A stretch of 36,862 bases of DNA from an uncultured archaeon. GTDB taxonomy: Archaea > Iainarchaeota > Iainarchaeia > Iainarchaeales > JAAZKV01. Under the pieces are notes generated by a model, which did no database searches, had not been told where the DNA came from, and was given only the letters and a program-made list of their open reading frames with translations. The translations under genes were made by a program, and so were the position numbers. The stretch spans positions 27,368 to 64,229 of the forward strand of contig CAZSDT010000001.1 of the NCBI GenBank assembly GCA_964605745.1. The letters are read 5' to 3'. Below, in pieces: positions 34,207-36,862 of the stretch. Each line of letters starts with the position of its first letter. The first letter of the stretch is position 1.

Positions 34207-35445
34207 TTATAGTCCAAGCACTTTTTCGTATGATGATAAATCCAGTACTCCGTTTCCGCTTAAATTGAACACAATTGTTTTTCTATCATTTTTTTTAGCG
34301 TGTTCAATTGCACTTTTTAGTGCGTGGCTTGATTCGGGTGCTGCAATTATCCCTTCTGTTTCTGCAAATAATTTTGCTGCCAAGAAGCATTCTTCTTGAG
34401 AATAACTTTCTGCTTTTACTAATTTGTGATCAATTAGCGCTGAAATTATTGGAGCCACTCCATGGTATCTTAATCCTCCAGCATAAATTGCTTCTGGAAC
34501 AAATTCGCATCCGAGTGTGTGCATTTTCAAAAGTGGTGTTTGTTTTCCTGTGTCACCATAATCATATTTGTATTCTCCTTTTGTCATGCTTGGAACTTCT
34601 TTTGGTTCTACTCCAATTATTTCTATTTCTTTTCCTTTTAATTTATTAGGAATAAATGGTAGTGCAATTCCTCCAAAGTTACTTCCTCCTCCAACACACC
34701 CAATTACTACATCTGCACTTTCTCCAATTTTTTCTAACTGTTTTTTTGTTTCTTGTCCAATTACTGTTTGGTGCATTAATACATGATTGAGTACACTTCC
34801 TAGAGAGTATACAGTATCTTCATTTTCTTTTGCTACTTCCACTGCTTCCGCAATTGCCATTCCTAAACTTCCGGGGGTATTAGGAAATTTTTTTTGCATT
34901 TCCATTCCTATTTTTGTAGTATTGCTTGGACTTGCAATTACTTTTGCTCCGTAAAGTTTCATTATGGTTCTTCTTGCTGGCTTTTGATCATAACTGCATT
35001 TCACTTGGTACACAGTGCAGTTTAAATCAAATAATTTGCATGCGAGTGCAAGTGCGCTTCCCCACTGCCCTGCTCCTGTTTCTGTTGTAACATTTTTGTA
35101 TCCCGCTTTTTTTATGTAATATGCTTGTGCGAGTGCAGTATTAATTTTGTGACTTCCTTGCAAAGTTGTATCTTCTCTTTTGAAAAATATTTTGCAATTT
35201 GTCCCGAGTGCTTTTTCCAAATTATCTGCTCGTTGCAAAGGAGTTGGTCTTCCAATTTTTGCATAAATTTCTCTTACTTCTTTTGGAATTTCTATATATC
35301 TTTCACCACTCATTTCTTGGCCCAAAATTTCTTTAGGAAATATTTTTCCTAAAATTTCCAAATCTCCTTTCGGTGCAAAAAACTCAAAAGGTAAATCCGC
35401 GAGCACATTGTAATAGTGCATTGGTATTTCATTTTTTTCTAACAT
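34207..35445 (-). CDS. trpB2: TrpB2-type tryptophan synthase beta-like PLP enzyme (stand-alone)
   Basis: PLP-lysine motif 'LQGSHKINTALAQAYY', 'GCVGGGSNFGG', N-terminal extension, 412 aa. No trpA or other trp genes in the window. Confidence 0.88.
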   Translation of the reverse strand: MLEKNEIPMHYYNVLADLPFEFFAPKGDLEILGKIFPKEILGQEMSGERYIEIPKEVREIYAKIGRPTPLQRADNLEKALGTNCKIFFKREDTTLQGSHKINTALAQAYYIKKAGYKNVTTETGAGQWGSALALACKLFDLNCTVYQVKCSYDQKPARRTIMKLYGAKVIASPSNTTKIGMEMQKKFPNTPGSLGMAIAEAVEVAKENEDTVYSLGSVLNHVLMHQTVIGQETKKQLEKIGESADVVIGCVGGGSNFGGIALPFIPNKLKGKEIEIIGVEPKEVPSMTKGEYKYDYGDTGKQTPLLKMHTLGCEFVPEAIYAGGLRYHGVAPIISALIDHKLVKAESYSQEECFLAAKLFAETEGIIAAPESSHALKSAIEHAKKNDRKTIVFNLSGNGVLDLSSYEKVLGL

Positions 35446-35528
35446 TACTACTTTTTTTCCTAAATCATTATTATTATTGCCAGGCTAAATCCCTTCTTGT
35501 ACTTTCCATAATTTCATCTCCAAATTTT

Positions 35529-35601
35529 CAGAGCACAAGGAATCAAACCTTGGTTTAATAAGTAAAAAACTTATTTGTGTTATCACTACACCATTACCCT
35601 G
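35529..35601 (-). tRNA. Tentative, non-canonical tRNA-like cloverleaf with anticodon UUU (Lys)
   Basis: Exact 7/2/4/9/4/1/5/7/5/5/5/7/5/7 cloverleaf geometry. Acceptor CAGGGUA/UGCUCUG (5 Watson-Crick + 2 GU), T-arm CAAGG-UUUGAUU-CCUUG, anticodon arm AUAAG-UUUUUUA-CUUAU. However, it is AT-rich and lacks U8, A14, G19, C56 and a purine at position 37. Confidence 0.3.
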
Positions 35602-35884
35602 TTAGTTTTTGGCCAATGTATGCAGTGTTCACCATTTTTGAGTTTTAATCCTCAAGTCAGAGAAGTAAGTATAATTAATTCTTTTTTGGTTGATTGTCTG
35701 GAATTCAAACGACGACCTGGTGAGCCTATAATTAGATGAAAGGACTCCAGACAAACTTTCCAACCAAAAAACTAACTTTCATAACATACCTTCATTCATG
35801 TTGATTATTAAATACTTTGAAGGAATAAGTGTAATATTTTGCACAGGTTGTAAGTTTTTAATTCTTTTTGAATGATTTTTTTAT

Positions 35885-36523
35885 ATGTTTAGAAAAAGAA
35901 TTTATTCTCCTATTGCTTCCCATCAAAATGTTGCTGATCTTGTTGCTCGCACAATAGGAAAAACAAAAGGAACTAAAGAGTATACTCTAAGTAAATACGG
36001 GCATGTTAATGAAGAATTGAATCATGTAAAGAGGTGGGAGCACCCCGCTGTAAGAAAAATTCTTCAAGGACATTTAACTAAATATTTGTTTGAAAGTGAA
36101 CATTTTCCTGCATTAAAATTTAGAAATTTTGTTGTGGGTGCAAACACTATTGTTCATAACAAGCCAAGTAATCCTCAAAAAGCAAGAGAAGAGTTAGAAA
36201 TGCATATTTTTAGATTTGTAGTTTTATCTTCTCGGGAAAAAAATGTGGATAAAGAAACTATTGTTAAAATGCTTCATGCAAATCTTTCAACTTTATTAAA
36301 AAAATTTAATGGGCTTTCGGAGTTTGAAAAAGAATCTCATAAAATTGAATCTATCACTCATGCAAAAGGCAAACTTGATCCTTTGGATACAAAAAGACAT
36401 GTGTTAGCTACAAATGATGCTATTGGGCATATTGTTGGCGGGGGAGAATATGGTAATCTTAAAGAAGTTCTTTCTGATCTTATAGACACTCTTTCTGAAA
36501 TGGAAGAGAGGTTTAAATATTAA
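35885..36523 (+). CDS. Hypothetical protein
   Basis: 212-aa ORF with host-like composition. No motif recognised. Confidence 0.6.
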   Translation: MFRKRIYSPIASHQNVADLVARTIGKTKGTKEYTLSKYGHVNEELNHVKRWEHPAVRKILQGHLTKYLFESEHFPALKFRNFVVGANTIVHNKPSNPQKAREELEMHIFRFVVLSSREKNVDKETIVKMLHANLSTLLKKFNGLSEFEKESHKIESITHAKGKLDPLDTKRHVLATNDAIGHIVGGGEYGNLKEVLSDLIDTLSEMEERFKY

Positions 36524-36597
36524 AATTGTTAAAAAAAGCTTTTGGATTAGTATTTTAATTGTTGGTAATTAGAGATTATTTAGTTAGTGATTTACAA

Positions 36598-36862
36598 ATG
36601 GAAAATGATTTAGTAAAAGCAAAGAAAGATAATTTGCAAAAGTTAGTGGATAGTGGGATTAATCCTTACCCTTACAAATTTGATGTTAATATTTATTCTA
36701 CCGAATTACTTGAAAAATTTACTTCTTTAAAGAATGAAGAATCTGGTCCCGAGTTTAATGTTGCTGGGAGAGTAATGGCAAAGCGTTCTTTTGGAGCAAT
36801 TGCTTTTTTGAAAGTTGCTGATACTAAAGGAACAATTCAATTTTTCTTAAAAAAAGGTGACA
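36598..36862 (+). CDS. lysS: Lysyl-tRNA synthetase, class II (5' partial; runs off the window)
   Basis: My translation is MENDLVKAKKDNLQKLVDSGINPYPYKFDV...NVAGRVMAKRSFGAIAFLKVADTKGTIQFF. This gives the 'NPYPYKF' motif plus the OB-fold anticodon-binding pattern of class II LysRS. Confidence 0.7.
   Translation, partial: MENDLVKAKKDNLQKLVDSGINPYPYKFDVNIYSTELLEKFTSLKNEESGPEFNVAGRVMAKRSFGAIAFLKVADTKGTIQFFLKKGD

Noticed and set aside
35703-35745. Possible C/D-box, K-turn, H/ACA or RNase P CR-IV-like motifs (tagatga, gaaaggac) in the apical part of the long hairpin.
   Set aside because: The C box is imperfect (UAGAUGA) and has no D box (CUGA). Tandem G.A pairs cannot be placed for a K-turn. ACA falls inside the stem. 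GAAAGGAC differs from the RNase P GAAAGUCC core.

Overview
This is an AT-rich archaeal chromosomal segment. The small, compact genes, lysine-rich proteins and GGTGA/GAGGTG Shine-Dalgarno sequences suggest a DPANN-like lineage, but that is inference only. Most of the window is housekeeping. It holds an MCM helicase interrupted by a LAGLIDADG intein in its P-loop, aIF5A, and tRNA-thiolation PP-loop enzymes. It also holds the classical archaeal exosome/proteasome/RNase P 'superoperon' (eL15, Rpp30, Pop5, PsmA, SBDS, Rrp4, Rrp41, Rrp42, eL43, RpoP, Pcc1, prefoldin beta), plus SerRS, TrpRS, a stand-alone TrpB2, and the 5' end of a class II LysRS. The clearest non-housekeeping structure is a 3.54-kb transposon (28734-32273). 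It has perfect 18-bp terminal inverted repeats and a 9-bp target-site duplication. It carries an IS4/IS5-type DDE transposase and five passenger genes: DUF5320, DUF134, a membrane-anchored protein, a wHTH protein and an AbrB-like protein. It sits in the ~43-nt spacer between two tandem paralogues of an uncharacterised protein family that lie downstream of trpB2-trpS. Other points of interest are a non-canonical tRNA-like cloverleaf, a 90-nt long-range hairpin in the 440-nt spacer upstream of trpB2, a Cys cluster in TrpRS, and a MinD/Roadblock-like/Sm cluster. The RpoP gene falls below the cutoff of the supplied ORF track. I saw no rRNA genes and no CRISPR array. All functional calls come from motifs I recognised by eye, with no database search.
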